DNA from: an uncultured Acidobacteriota bacterium
GTDB taxonomy: Bacteria; Acidobacteriota; Thermoanaerobaculia; Multivoradales; UBA5704
NCBI GenBank assembly: GCA_963770895.1
Contig: CAVYRF010000002.1
Location: 1,472,001 to 1,536,000, forward strand
DNA length: 64,000 nucleotides
Direction: 5' to 3'
Shown here one piece after another: positions 19,943 to 29,432 of this stretch. How positions within the stretch are numbered: the stretch's first letter is position 1; each line of letters begins with the position of its first letter. The notes under the pieces were generated by a model, which was not told the origin of the DNA, ran no database searches, and saw only the letters and a list, made by a program, of their open reading frames with translations. Position numbers and translations under genes: made by a program.

Positions 19943-20911
19943 ATGGGCGAGAGCTTGGCGGAGGCGGATCGGCAGGGGCTGCGGGAGTGGCTCGCGGGGG
20001 CGGGTTTTGCGCTGCGCGCGGCGCGGCCGCTGGCGGGCGACGTATCGCCGCGGCGGTACGAGCGGCTGGCGGCGACAGACGGACGGACGGCGATCCTGGC
20101 GCTCTATCCGCCGGAGGTGCATGGCACCTGCGCGCGCTTTGCCGCGACGACGGAGCTGCTGGCCGGCGCCGGGGTGCCGGTGCCGCGGGTGTTGGGTGTC
20201 GACTGCGAGCGCGGGTGGATGCTGGTGGAAGACCTGGGCGAGCAGACGCTGGCGGACCTGCGGCAGCGGCCCTGGGAGGAGCTGGCGGCCTGGTTCGAGG
20301 ATGCGGCGGCGCTCGCCCGCCGCATCGCCGCGCTGCCGTCCGCGGCCGTCAGCGAGCTCAACCCGCCGCTGGACCTGGCGCTCCTGGAACGAGAGCTGGC
20401 GCAGACCCGGCGGCTGTTCCTGGCGCCGCGCGGCCTGACGGTGGCCGGCCTGGACGCAGCGATGCACACGGTCTGCGAGCTGCTGGCCGCTGACGCGCCG
20501 GTGCCGTGCCATCGCGACTACATGGCACGCAACCTGATGCCGCTGGCACCGGGACGGGTCGCGGTGCTCGACCACCAGGACCTGCGCCTGGGGCCGCCGG
20601 CCTACGACATGGCTTCGCTGCTCAACGACACGCTGTTTCCGCCGCCGGCGGTCGAAAGCCGCCTCCTGGAGAGTGCTTTCCCAGCCGGATCGGCCGCCCG
20701 GACCCAGTACCACCGCGCGGCGGCACAGCGCACGCTCAAGGCGGTCGGCACCTATGCAGCTTTTGCCGAACGCGGTTCGGACCGCCACCTGCCGTTGATC
20801 GGCCCCACCCTGGCCCGCTTCGGGGCACACCTGGCCCAGCTAGCCGAAGGCGAACGGCTGGCTGCCGAGCTGCCACGCGCCTGGGCCGGCGTCCTGCCGC
20901 CCACCACCTGA
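19943..20911 (+). CDS. Aminoglycoside phosphotransferase-family kinase (AmgK-like MurNAc/GlcNAc kinase)
   Basis: GDVSPRRYER, EDLG, HRDYMARNLM, LDHQD, YDMASLL. Confidence 0.85.
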   Translation: MGESLAEADRQGLREWLAGAGFALRAARPLAGDVSPRRYERLAATDGRTAILALYPPEVHGTCARFAATTELLAGAGVPVPRVLGVDCERGWMLVEDLGEQTLADLRQRPWEELAAWFEDAAALARRIAALPSAAVSELNPPLDLALLERELAQTRRLFLAPRGLTVAGLDAAMHTVCELLAADAPVPCHRDYMARNLMPLAPGRVAVLDHQDLRLGPPAYDMASLLNDTLFPPPAVESRLLESAFPAGSAARTQYHRAAAQRTLKAVGTYAAFAERGSDRHLPLIGPTLARFGAHLAQLAEGERLAAELPRAWAGVLPPTT

Positions 20912-21026
20912 GTCAAGCAAACTGCGGCGGCCCGCCCTGGCCGCACGTTCACCGTCGAGGCGGCTGTCGCCTGTCGCGGGTGTCGTGCATCGAGACGACC
21001 GCCGCGAAGCACGACCTGGCGGAGGG

Positions 21027-21245
21027 TTACGTCTGGCGCGGGGGGTCGGCGGGAGGCGGGGGCGGCGGGAGCTCGCCGTTGCGCCTGTCGGCTTCGGGTG
21101 GACGGGAGCCGTGCTGCATGCCTTCCCGGAAGTTGCGGATGCCTTCGCCCAATCCCTTGCCCAGGCCCCCGATACGCTTGGGGCCCCAGAAGATCAGGAC
21201 GATCAGGACGATGACGAGGATTTCGCCCAAGCCCCAGGGGTGCAT
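21027..21245 (-). CDS. tatA: Twin-arginine translocase TatA/E subunit
   Basis: GLGEILVIVLIVLIFWGPKRIGGLGKGLGEGIRNFREG (TM plus amphipathic helix). Confidence 0.9.
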   Translation of the reverse strand: MHPWGLGEILVIVLIVLIFWGPKRIGGLGKGLGEGIRNFREGMQHGSRPPEADRRNGELPPPPPPADPPRQT

Positions 21246-21372
21246 GAGCGAAGTTTAGCACCCAGCACGTTCGGCGGCGACGCCCAGATCGGGTGCCGGG
21301 CAACGGAGACGGCTACGGGGTATGCTTTCGGCGGCGCGGCAGGCGCCGCGACACATGCACCGGGAGGTCCCC

Positions 21373-22101
21373 ATGACGACAGACACGACAACCGTTCCCC
21401 ATCCACCGATCGTGACGCAGGACGAGTGGCTGGCCGAGCGCAAGAAGCTGCTGGCGCGGGAAAAGGAGCACACCCGTCAAGGCGACAGCATCAGCGCCGA
21501 GCGGCGGCGGCTGCCGATGGTGAAACTGGACAAGCAGTACTCCTTTGAAGGGCTGCAGGGCAGGTGCAGCCTGCTGGACCTGTTCGACGGGCGCCGGCAG
21601 CTGATCGTCTACCACTTCATGTTCGACCCCGCGTGGGACAAGGGCTGTCCCGGCTGCACCAACTTCGTCGATGCCCTGGGCGACCTGTCGATGCTGGCGG
21701 CGCGCGACACCACGTTCGTCCTGGTGTCGCGCGCGCCGCTGGCAAAGCTGGAAAAGTACAAGGCGGAGCGGGGTTGGAACCGCCCCTGGTTCTCCTCCTT
21801 TGGCAGCGACTTCAACTACGACTTCCACGTCACCCTGGACCCGCGCGTGGCGCCGGTGGAATACAACTTCCGCACCGCGGCGCCCGCCACTGCGCAGGAC
21901 GGCCCCAAGTCCGGCGAAATGCCCGGCTTGAGCGTCTTCTTCCGCCTCGGCGGCGATGCCTTTCACACCTACTCGACCTACGCCCGCGGCGGCGAGGCTC
22001 TGACCGACGCCTACCCGCTGCTCGACATCACCCCCTACGGCCGGCAGGAGGACTTTGAATCCTCGCCGCCCGGCTGGCCGCAAAAGCCGACGTACGGCTA
22101 G
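21373..22101 (+). CDS. DUF899 thioredoxin-like protein
   Basis: [46 protein letters not shown]; GGGAGG RBS. Confidence 0.92.
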   Translation: MTTDTTTVPHPPIVTQDEWLAERKKLLAREKEHTRQGDSISAERRRLPMVKLDKQYSFEGLQGRCSLLDLFDGRRQLIVYHFMFDPAWDKGCPGCTNFVDALGDLSMLAARDTTFVLVSRAPLAKLEKYKAERGWNRPWFSSFGSDFNYDFHVTLDPRVAPVEYNFRTAAPATAQDGPKSGEMPGLSVFFRLGGDAFHTYSTYARGGEALTDAYPLLDITPYGRQEDFESSPPGWPQKPTYG

Positions 22102-22103
22102 GG

Positions 22104-22136
22104 CGAGGGCCGATCCAGAAATCTGGATCAGCCTCG
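22104..22136. terminator. Hairpin between the convergent DUF899 and SLT genes
   Basis: cgagg..gatccaga-aa-tctggatc..cctcg inverted repeat; no U-tract. Confidence 0.4.
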
Positions 22137-22231
22137 GTGCGGAGCTCAATCTCTGCCACCCCGGCGCATCGCCGCGCCGAAAGGGCGCGCGGGGCGACTA
22201 CAGCCTCTCGCCCCAGGCGCCGGCGGCGGCC

Positions 22232-23017
22232 CTACAGGTTGCGGTGGACGTGTGCCACCGCCGTCGCTGCCAGCTGGGCGACCGGTGCCAGCAGCTGCAG
22301 CTCGGCGTCGGCGGGGATGGCGCCGAGGTCGCGGCAGTGCTGGGTGTAGCTGGCGACGACCCGTTTCACGAAATCCTGCGTCTCGCGGAAGGGGGGCACG
22401 CAGCCGTAGCGAGCCACCACTTCGGGGCCGGTGTTGTAGGCGGCGATCGCCAGCATCGGCCGCTCCTTGAAGCGATCGAGCAGCGCCCGCAGGTAGCGGC
22501 TGCCGGCGTCGATGTTGGCGTAGGGATCGAGCAGATCGCGTGCGCCGTATTCCCTGCCGGTGGCGGGCAGCAGCTGCATCAGGCCGACGGCGCCGCAGGG
22601 CGACACGGCACGCGGGGCAAACTGCGACTCCGCTTCCACCATGGCTGCGAGCAGCAGCGAATCGACGTGATTGCGGTCGCCGGCCGCCGCCAGGATGGGG
22701 CCGAAGGGCAGGCTCCGCAGCAGCAGGCGGCGGGAATCCACCGCGCCTTCGGGGCGAAAGGCACTGAAGCGGCGCGGCGGCGCGCCCAGGGCGGCGCTCA
22801 CGTCCTGCGGGCTCACCACCTCGAAGGAGTCCGGCGGCGCGCCGCCGGCCATCAGGACGGCCAGGCCACCGGGAACGAAGCTGGAGGAAATCGCCGTCGC
22901 ATGGAAGGAGCGCGACTTGGCGGGGTTTGAAGGTGTGGCGTTCACAGCAAGGGCCGCAAACAGAAGGAGCGCCAAAAGGGCCGACGCCGGTCTGGTACGG
23001 GCTCTTTGATCCGTCAT
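22232..23017 (-). CDS. Lytic transglycosylase (SLT domain)
   Basis: AES, GAVGLMQL, NIDAGSRYL, AAYNTG, ETQDFV; N-terminal hydrophobic segment. Confidence 0.92.
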   Translation of the reverse strand: MTDQRARTRPASALLALLLFAALAVNATPSNPAKSRSFHATAISSSFVPGGLAVLMAGGAPPDSFEVVSPQDVSAALGAPPRRFSAFRPEGAVDSRRLLLRSLPFGPILAAAGDRNHVDSLLLAAMVEAESQFAPRAVSPCGAVGLMQLLPATGREYGARDLLDPYANIDAGSRYLRALLDRFKERPMLAIAAYNTGPEVVARYGCVPPFRETQDFVKRVVASYTQHCRDLGAIPADAELQLLAPVAQLAATAVAHVHRNL

Positions 23018-23186
23018 CAGGTTCAATCCTCTTCCAGGTCCCACCACGGACGACGCTGCCACGCACAGGTCCTGCGGACCGGGCGGCAGCGGCGGATGCC
23101 GCGGCAGAACTTCCTAACGAAGCCTTACCCGACAGCCCCAGGGGGCTGGCGGCGAGGCGGACACACGAACTCCAGGTGGGTTTGCT

Positions 23187-23202
23187 TGCTAGATCGGTGC
23201 CA
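23187..23202 (-). promoter_or_regulatory. Candidate sigma-54 (-24/-12) promoter upstream of the SLT gene
   Basis: TGGCACCGATCTAGCA has GG-N10-GC spacing with a perfect TGGCAC box; the -12 box (TAGCA) is imperfect. Confidence 0.45.
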
Positions 23203-23255
23203 CGAGCGTCACCAAAAGGGGACGATCGGCTTCGTCAGGTGGTCTTACAGGGTTT

Positions 23256-23534
23256 CTACAGCGGGGGCAGGTGACCCTTGCGGCGGGCTTGACGGCGGCC
23301 CGGCAGGTCGTAGTCTTCGCAGCCGATCCCAAGGTCGGAAACCTTGTTGCGGAGGGTGTTGCGGTGCACGCCCAGCGACTTGGCGGAGCGGCAGAAGTTG
23401 CCGCGGTTGGATTTGAGCGAGGCCACGATGAACTGGCGCTCGAACTCCCGCCGCGCCTGCTCCAGGGTCAGACCGCGGCGTACCAGCTCGTCGACGATCT
23501 GATACAAACGCCCGTTGAGATTCTGTTCTGGCAT
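23256..23534 (-). CDS. Stand-alone Fis-family (HTH_8) protein
   Basis: EFERQFIVASLKSNRGNFCRSAKSLGVHRNTLRNK. Confidence 0.9.
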   Translation of the reverse strand: MPEQNLNGRLYQIVDELVRRGLTLEQARREFERQFIVASLKSNRGNFCRSAKSLGVHRNTLRNKVSDLGIGCEDYDLPGRRQARRKGHLPPL

Positions 23535-23704
23535 GAGGCCTCAAAAAAAGGGAAGTCGTAGCCTACCACAGCGCAGCGACGCCGATGCCAAGATCTCTTT
23601 GTGACAGATCGCCCCTGTCTATCGCGCTGCGCGCGGCGTCGCAGGCAAGGAAGGTCGGCCGCGAACCACACGCAGGCCGCGGCGGTCAGGGTCCTTGAGG
23701 GGTT

Positions 23705-24898
23705 CTACTTGGGATCGAGGCGGTCGCCCAGGTAGACCGGGTACCGCGACTCGGTGATCTTGATCAGCGACGAGCGCTTGGCGACCGAGAGCACCGCCAC
23801 TTCGCCGATGGGCAACGGCGGCAGGCCGCGCTCGCTGGGACGGTAGATGGTGAAGACGTCTCCAGGGGTGACGTTCTGGTCGGCGCCGCGATCCATGAAT
23901 GCCACGTGATCCTGACCGACCGCGATGATGCCGCCGGTGTAGATGATGACCGGATCGTCCTCGAGCTTGGTCGCCGCCACCGGCAGGTTGACCGGCCGCT
24001 GCGCCGTCGGCCGCCCGAGCGGCACCGGTTCGGGCTCGAAAGGCCGCAGCCGGGCGCCGAGCAGGATGCCGTCGCAGCCGGTGACGATCTCAGCGATCGC
24101 CGAAGTCTCCTGGACCGAGAGCACCCGCACCCGCCCTTGATAGGGGTAGAAGCGGCCAAATTCCTTGCCGGTCACCGGGTGCACGATCGGCACGTCGGGG
24201 CCGATGACGGTGAACAGGGTGCCTGGCGTCAGGCCCTGCATGGAAGCGCCGGTCAGGTACACGATGTCGCCGGGCGTGAGGTTGACCTTGGCGGTACCCG
24301 GCGCGTCCAGCTCGTGCAGCTGCTTGTAGCCGGGGTTGAGCTTGGCTTGCAGGTTGTCGTATTCGGAGCCGACGATGCTGAACGGGAACTGCTCGCCGGC
24401 GTCGCCCACGTAGCCGCTGCAATAGATGTCGCTTTCCGCCCCCAGCGGCACCGGCGCGCCCAGCGCCTTGACGGCGCTCTCCACTCCCGGGACCTGCGGC
24501 GGCGGGATCGGCGTCTCACCGGTGGCCGTCTGTTCTGCACCGGCCGCTCCACTGTCGACCTGCGCCAGGTTTTGCACCGGCGCGACCTGCAGGCCGGTGA
24601 CCAGCGGATCGCCGGGATAGATCCAGTGGGCGTCCTTGATGTACTGGTTCTTTTCCCACAGCTGCGGCCACAGGTAGGGGTCGCCGTAGAAGCGCTTGGC
24701 CAGGTTCCACAGCGTGTCGCCCTTGGCGACCTTGTAGATCTGGACGCTGCCGTCAGCCGGAGGCGTCGGCGGGTTCCAGGCTGTCCAGTGACCGTCGTCG
24801 GCCTGGTGGAGGCCCCGCGGCGGTCGCGTCGATGCTTGCGCGCCGCTGGCTCCCAGGATGAAGACGGCAAGGACGATACCGGAAAGCCGCACTGTCAT
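23705..24898 (-). CDS. LysM peptidoglycan-binding secreted protein
   Basis: Signal peptide; YKVAKGDTLWNLAKRFYGDPYLWPQLW...HWIYPGD. Confidence 0.92.
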   Translation of the reverse strand: MTVRLSGIVLAVFILGASGAQASTRPPRGLHQADDGHWTAWNPPTPPADGSVQIYKVAKGDTLWNLAKRFYGDPYLWPQLWEKNQYIKDAHWIYPGDPLVTGLQVAPVQNLAQVDSGAAGAEQTATGETPIPPPQVPGVESAVKALGAPVPLGAESDIYCSGYVGDAGEQFPFSIVGSEYDNLQAKLNPGYKQLHELDAPGTAKVNLTPGDIVYLTGASMQGLTPGTLFTVIGPDVPIVHPVTGKEFGRFYPYQGRVRVLSVQETSAIAEIVTGCDGILLGARLRPFEPEPVPLGRPTAQRPVNLPVAATKLEDDPVIIYTGGIIAVGQDHVAFMDRGADQNVTPGDVFTIYRPSERGLPPLPIGEVAVLSVAKRSSLIKITESRYPVYLGDRLDPK

Positions 24899-24989
24899 AC
24901 AGCGCCTCCTCGGGATGAATCGCGGGCTGCTTTCAGAATCCCGGCCCTGGGCACGGATCTCCAGGGTATAGAGAAGTCTCTATCTGTCG

Positions 24990-25019
24990 AGAGTACTGCG
25001 AGTTGCCTTGTTCTGTCAA
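24990..25019 (-). promoter_or_regulatory. Possible sigma70 promoter of the LysM gene
   Basis: TTGACA-N18-TACTCT in an AT-richer intergenic stretch. Confidence 0.5.
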
Positions 25020-25076
25020 GTTTTACCCGCCCGAACCTCAAGTGGTGCTTGAGCTTCCAGTGGGCCGCATAAGCCA

Positions 25077-26054
25077 CTAAGGGATCTTGGCGCGCCGCTC
25101 TTCGGCGACCGCGGCGACCGCGGTGCCGGGGAACCGCCGCAGGATCTCCTGGTAATCGGTGCGCGCCCCTTCGCGGTCGCCCAGCGCTTCGAGCGACATT
25201 CCGGCCTTGAGCATGGCGTCCGGCGTCTTGTTGCCGTTGGGATAGTGCGCCACGGTCTCGCGGAAGGCGGCCAGGGCGCCGCGCATGTCGCCGCGGGAGT
25301 ACCGGCATTCGCCGATCCAGTATTGCGCGTTGTCGGCCAGCTCGCTATGCGGCTCCGCCTGCAGGAAGCGTTGGAAGCTGGTCTCGGCGTCCACGTAGTG
25401 CTTCTGGTGGTAGAGGGTATAACCGCGGTCGTAGAGCGCCTGCACCGCCGGCGTCACCGGCTCGCCCTTGGGACTGCCACCGGCCGGGCTTTCCACCGGC
25501 GCGGCGTTGGGAGCCGCATTGGCGCGCTTGGGCGCGGCGGGAACGACGATATCGGTGACGTCGATCTGCTGGCCCTGCTGCGCCGGTGGAGGCTGGTAGG
25601 TCTGCGGTCCCTGGCTGTACGGTTGGGATGGCTGGGGCTGTGCGGCCTGCCGACGCGGCGGGGCCGCGGCCGGCGGGTAGGCCGGCTCCGCGTAGCTGGG
25701 CGGGCTCTGCTGCTGCCGCGCCGCCGGCGGCGCGGTGCTGGAACCACCGCTGACGACCGGCGCCACCGGCGCGCCCTGGCTCTCACCAGTCAGCTCGGCC
25801 AGCCGCTGGCGCAGGCGGGCCAGCTCGACGTCGCTGACCGCCGCCTTGCGCTGCAGGTCGAGGACCCGCTCCTGCAGCTGCTTGATCTGATCCGCTTCGT
25901 CGTCGCCTTCGGAAGCGCAGCCGAGCGCCATGCCGGCCACCAGCGCCAGCGGCAGCAGGGCGGCAGCGGCTCGGCGCAGACGTCTGCCGGCGTGGGCGCC
26001 GCCGGCACCGTGGGCACCGCAAGCGGCGGCGCTCGGGGCGGCGGCGCGCCTCAT
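25077..26054 (-). CDS. cpoB: Tol-Pal associated cell division coordinator CpoB/YbgF (lipoprotein, TPR)
   Basis: Lipobox-like ALGC, coiled coil, LADNAQYWIGECRY, KTPDAMLKAG, FPGT. Confidence 0.88.
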   Translation of the reverse strand: MRRAAAPSAAACGAHGAGGAHAGRRLRRAAAALLPLALVAGMALGCASEGDDEADQIKQLQERVLDLQRKAAVSDVELARLRQRLAELTGESQGAPVAPVVSGGSSTAPPAARQQQSPPSYAEPAYPPAAAPPRRQAAQPQPSQPYSQGPQTYQPPPAQQGQQIDVTDIVVPAAPKRANAAPNAAPVESPAGGSPKGEPVTPAVQALYDRGYTLYHQKHYVDAETSFQRFLQAEPHSELADNAQYWIGECRYSRGDMRGALAAFRETVAHYPNGNKTPDAMLKAGMSLEALGDREGARTDYQEILRRFPGTAVAAVAEERRAKIP

Positions 26055-26893
26055 GACGGCGCCTTGGTCGGAGTCGCGGCGGCCTGGGCGGGGGGCGGCG
26101 GCGGCGGCAGCGGCGGCGGCAAATCCGTGGGGATTTTCTTGACCAGCTTGCTGTTCGGGTAGACCGATTTGAGCATGTCGAAGGTCTTACGGGCATCCTC
26201 GGGCTTGCGGATGCGCGCGTAGGCGACGCCCAGCTCGAAGTAGACCTTGTCCAGACGAGTGAACTTGGGGTAGGTCTGCATCAGGTAGATGAAGCGGCCG
26301 ATCGCGGCGGTGGGGACACCGTAGCGCAGGTAGAAATGGCCGATCACGTATTCGTGCTCCGCCAGGTTGGAGTTGACCACGTCGATCTGCTCCTGCGCCT
26401 TGGTGGCGTACTCGCTGGTCGGATAGAGCCGGATCAGCTCCTGGTATGCCTCAAGGCTCTTCTTGGTGACGCTCTGGTCGCGGTCGGCGCGTTCCATCCG
26501 CTTGGCCAGGCTGTTGGCGATCTGGAACTGCACGTAGGCCGCCTGGTCGCTGGTGGGGAAGCGGTTCAGGTAGTCGCGGTACTTGGCTTCCGCCTGGATG
26601 AAGTTGTCGTTGCCGGCTTCCAGGTAGTAGGTGTCGGCGGCCAGCAGCAACCCTTCGCGGCCGACCTTGGAATTGGGCTCGACCTCGAAGGCGTGGGTGA
26701 ACAGCGGCCGGGCGCGGCCGTAGTTCTTCTTGGCCAGAAAGTCCTTGCCCTGCACCAGCGATTCTTCGGCCGACAGTTTGATCAGCGGGTCCGAGCTGCC
26801 GCCCCGGTGACAGGCGGCGACGGACAGCAGCAGGCCACCGCACAAGAGGGTGGTCCATGCCAGGCGAGCGGGATGCTTCGGGATGGTAATCAT
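26051..26893 (-). CDS. bamD: Outer membrane protein assembly lipoprotein BamD
   Basis: Lipobox VAAC; TPRs; RDQSVT, YPTSEYA, LAEHEYVIGHFY. Start at ATG 26893 overlaps the rpe stop. Confidence 0.92.
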   Translation of the reverse strand: MITIPKHPARLAWTTLLCGGLLLSVAACHRGGSSDPLIKLSAEESLVQGKDFLAKKNYGRARPLFTHAFEVEPNSKVGREGLLLAADTYYLEAGNDNFIQAEAKYRDYLNRFPTSDQAAYVQFQIANSLAKRMERADRDQSVTKKSLEAYQELIRLYPTSEYATKAQEQIDVVNSNLAEHEYVIGHFYLRYGVPTAAIGRFIYLMQTYPKFTRLDKVYFELGVAYARIRKPEDARKTFDMLKSVYPNSKLVKKIPTDLPPPLPPPPPPAQAAATPTKAPS

Positions 26894-27555
26894 AGGTTCT
26901 CCGACCGGCCGATCGCGATCAGTTCGGCCATCTCCCGTGCCGGGTCGGCCGAGTTGAAGATCGCCGAGCCTACCACGCAAAGCCCCACTCCGGCGGCGAT
27001 CGCCGGCCCCATGGTATCGCGGTCGATGCCGCCGTCGATCGCGATCTGCACCGGCAGGTTGCCGCCGTCGCGGATCATCGCCTGCAGCCGCCGCGCCTTG
27101 TCCAGGGTGCGGGGCAGAAACTTCTGCCCCGAGAAGCCGGGGTTGACCGACATCAGCAGCACGTAATCCAGGCGCGGCAAGGCGTCCACCAGCACCTCGG
27201 CCGGCGTCGCCGGGTTGATCGCCACGCCGGCCGCCGCGCCGCCCTCGCGGATCTGCTCCAGCAGCCTGTCGAGATGCGGCGTCGCTTCCCAGTGCACCGC
27301 CACCCGTGCCGCGCCGGCGCGCAGGTATTCGCCCAGCAGGCGCTCGGGGTTGGACACCATCAGGTGCACCTCCAGCGGCAGGCGGGTGCGGCGCTTGAGC
27401 GCGGCCAGCACCGGGATGCCAAAGGTCAGGTTGGGCACGAAATGGCCGTCCATGACGTCCACGTGCACCAGGTCGGCGCCGCCCGCCTCGCAGGCGGCAA
27501 GCGCCCCGGCCAGGTCGGCAAGATCGGCGGCCAGGATCGACGGCGCCAGCTTCAT
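26890..27555 (-). CDS. rpe: Ribulose-phosphate 3-epimerase
   Basis: APSILAAD, HVDVMDGHFVPN, MSVNPGFSGQ, DGGI. Confidence 0.97.
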   Translation of the reverse strand: MKLAPSILAADLADLAGALAACEAGGADLVHVDVMDGHFVPNLTFGIPVLAALKRRTRLPLEVHLMVSNPERLLGEYLRAGAARVAVHWEATPHLDRLLEQIREGGAAAGVAINPATPAEVLVDALPRLDYVLLMSVNPGFSGQKFLPRTLDKARRLQAMIRDGGNLPVQIAIDGGIDRDTMGPAIAAGVGLCVVGSAIFNSADPAREMAELIAIGRSENL

Positions 27556-28304
27556 GGGTTGGGTCCTCCTCCATCGGCGGTCGCGACCACCAGGGAAATC
27601 GGGTCGTTGGCGGTCAGCGGATGTCCGGGCAGCGGGAACTGGCGCAGGATGACCCCGGCCGCGACGCCTTCATAACGCTCGAACTTGACGTTGCCGAAGC
27701 GGAAGCCCCGCGCCTCGAAGAACTGCTTGACCGGGTCGTAGTGGCGGTACACCAGGTCCGGCATCAGGTACCGGCGGCCGGGAGCAGCCATCACCAGCAG
27801 CAGGTCGACCGGCGACGCCGGCGGCACCTCGTCGCCGGCGCCGGGTTCCTGCTCCATCACCGCGCCCGCGGGGCGCCGCGCATCGAAGGCGCCCAGGATG
27901 CTCCCCACCTCCAGGCCGATGGCCGACAGCGTCACCTGCGCCGCCGGCAAGGCCTTGCCCACCAGGTCGGGCACCCGCACCCGGCGCGGCCCCAGCGACA
28001 GCACCACGTCGACGCCGCTGCCGCGCTTGACCAGCGTATGGGCATCCGGGTTCTGGCGCACGATGCGGCCCGCGGCGACCTTGTCGTCATAGCGGCCGCC
28101 ACCTTCGGCACGGTGCAGCGTCAACCCCAGGTCGGCCAGCAGGTCGGTGGCATCGGCGCGGCTCATGCCGGTGACGTCGGGCACCGCCATCACCCCGCTG
28201 CGCACGAAAAAGCTGAAGGCGAAATAGCTGGCGGCGACGAAGGCGACAAAGACCAGCGCCGCGTAGGCGACCAGTCCGAGCCCTGCCAGGAGTCGCCGCA
28301 GCAT
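27552..28304 (-). CDS. PASTA domain-containing membrane protein
   Basis: N-terminal TM; three PASTA repeats (VPDVTG, VPDLVG, MPDLV). Confidence 0.92.
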   Translation of the reverse strand: MLRRLLAGLGLVAYAALVFVAFVAASYFAFSFFVRSGVMAVPDVTGMSRADATDLLADLGLTLHRAEGGGRYDDKVAAGRIVRQNPDAHTLVKRGSGVDVVLSLGPRRVRVPDLVGKALPAAQVTLSAIGLEVGSILGAFDARRPAGAVMEQEPGAGDEVPPASPVDLLLVMAAPGRRYLMPDLVYRHYDPVKQFFEARGFRFGNVKFERYEGVAAGVILRQFPLPGHPLTANDPISLVVATADGGGPNP

Positions 28305-28352
28305 GCAGCCAGTCTACCAAAGCCCCAGCGATGCCACCTGTACAATCCCCGC

Positions 28353-29432
28353 ATGAAAACTCCCCGCAGGATTGCGACGGGCGGCGGGAGCACCGGTGCG
28401 GCAAAGGCGCCGCGGACCGCGCGCCGCCCAACGCCACCCCCCGCGGTGGCGACTTCGGCTGTGCGCCCGCGGCGGGCGAAGCCCGCCAAGGCGCCCGGGG
28501 AGCGGCCGGCACCCTCGCCGCCGCTGGGGGCGCACGTGTCGGTGGCCGGCGGCCTGGCGACCGCGTTCCCGCGCGCCGCCGACCTGGGCTGCGACACCAT
28601 CCAGATCTTCGTCAAGAACGCCAACCAGTGGCGCGCCCGCCCGCTGGCCGCGGAGGACGCCGCGGCGTTCCGCGCCGCGCATGCCGCATCGGGCATCGGC
28701 ACGGTGATGGCGCACGCGTCATACCTGATCAACCTTGCCGCCACCGACCCGCACATCCTGGAGCAGTCGCTCGCCGCCCTGGCCGACGAGCTGGAGCGCT
28801 GCGCGGCGCTGGGCGTGGCGGGGTTGGTGCTGCATCCGGGCGCGCATCTGGGAACGGGCGACGAGGCCGGCTGCGAGCGCGTCGCCGCCGCCTTGGACCG
28901 CACGCTTGCCGCGCTGCCGGCCGTCGCCACCCGCATCCTGCTCGAGAACACCGCCGGCCAGGGGACCTGCCTGGCGCACCGGCTGGAACACCTGGCGGAC
29001 ATCCGCGCGCGCCTGGCGGCGCCGCATCGCGTCGGCATCTGCATCGACACCTGTCACGCCTTCGCCGCCGGGTACGCCCTGCACGAGCCCGCCGGCTGGC
29101 GCGATTTCGTCGCCGAGCTGGCCGCCCGCTTCCCCGCCGACACCCTGGCCTGCATCCACGTCAACGATTCGCTGCGCGCGTTCGGTTCGCGCCGCGACCG
29201 CCATGCCCACATCGGGGAAGGGGAGATCGGCCTGGAGGCCTTTGCCCGGCTGCTCGCCGAGCCCGCCCTGGCCGGCGTGCCGATGATTCTGGAAACCGAG
29301 CCCGGCGACGACATGGCCGGGCATCGCCGCGACCTGGCGACGCTGCGCGGCCTTATGAGCCCGGCAGCAGAGAAGCCGGCAGGTTCTTCGAAAGGTCGAA
29401 GTAGATCACGACCATCATCAGCATCAGGATGA
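28353..29432 (+). CDS. nfo: Endonuclease IV
   Basis: GAHVSVAGG, HASYLINL, VLHPG, LENTAGQG, DTCHAFAAG, HVNDS, DRHAHIGEG, ILET. Confidence 0.96.
   Translation: MKTPRRIATGGGSTGAAKAPRTARRPTPPPAVATSAVRPRRAKPAKAPGERPAPSPPLGAHVSVAGGLATAFPRAADLGCDTIQIFVKNANQWRARPLAAEDAAAFRAAHAASGIGTVMAHASYLINLAATDPHILEQSLAALADELERCAALGVAGLVLHPGAHLGTGDEAGCERVAAALDRTLAALPAVATRILLENTAGQGTCLAHRLEHLADIRARLAAPHRVGICIDTCHAFAAGYALHEPAGWRDFVAELAARFPADTLACIHVNDSLRAFGSRRDRHAHIGEGEIGLEAFARLLAEPALAGVPMILETEPGDDMAGHRRDLATLRGLMSPAAEKPAGSSKGRSRSRPSSASG

Noticed and set aside
23100-23245. Known riboswitch (c-di-GMP-I, c-di-AMP/ydaO), 6S or SRP RNA
   Set aside because: Only short coincidental matches (gcaaac, cccgacagc); the conserved cores were not found by eye.
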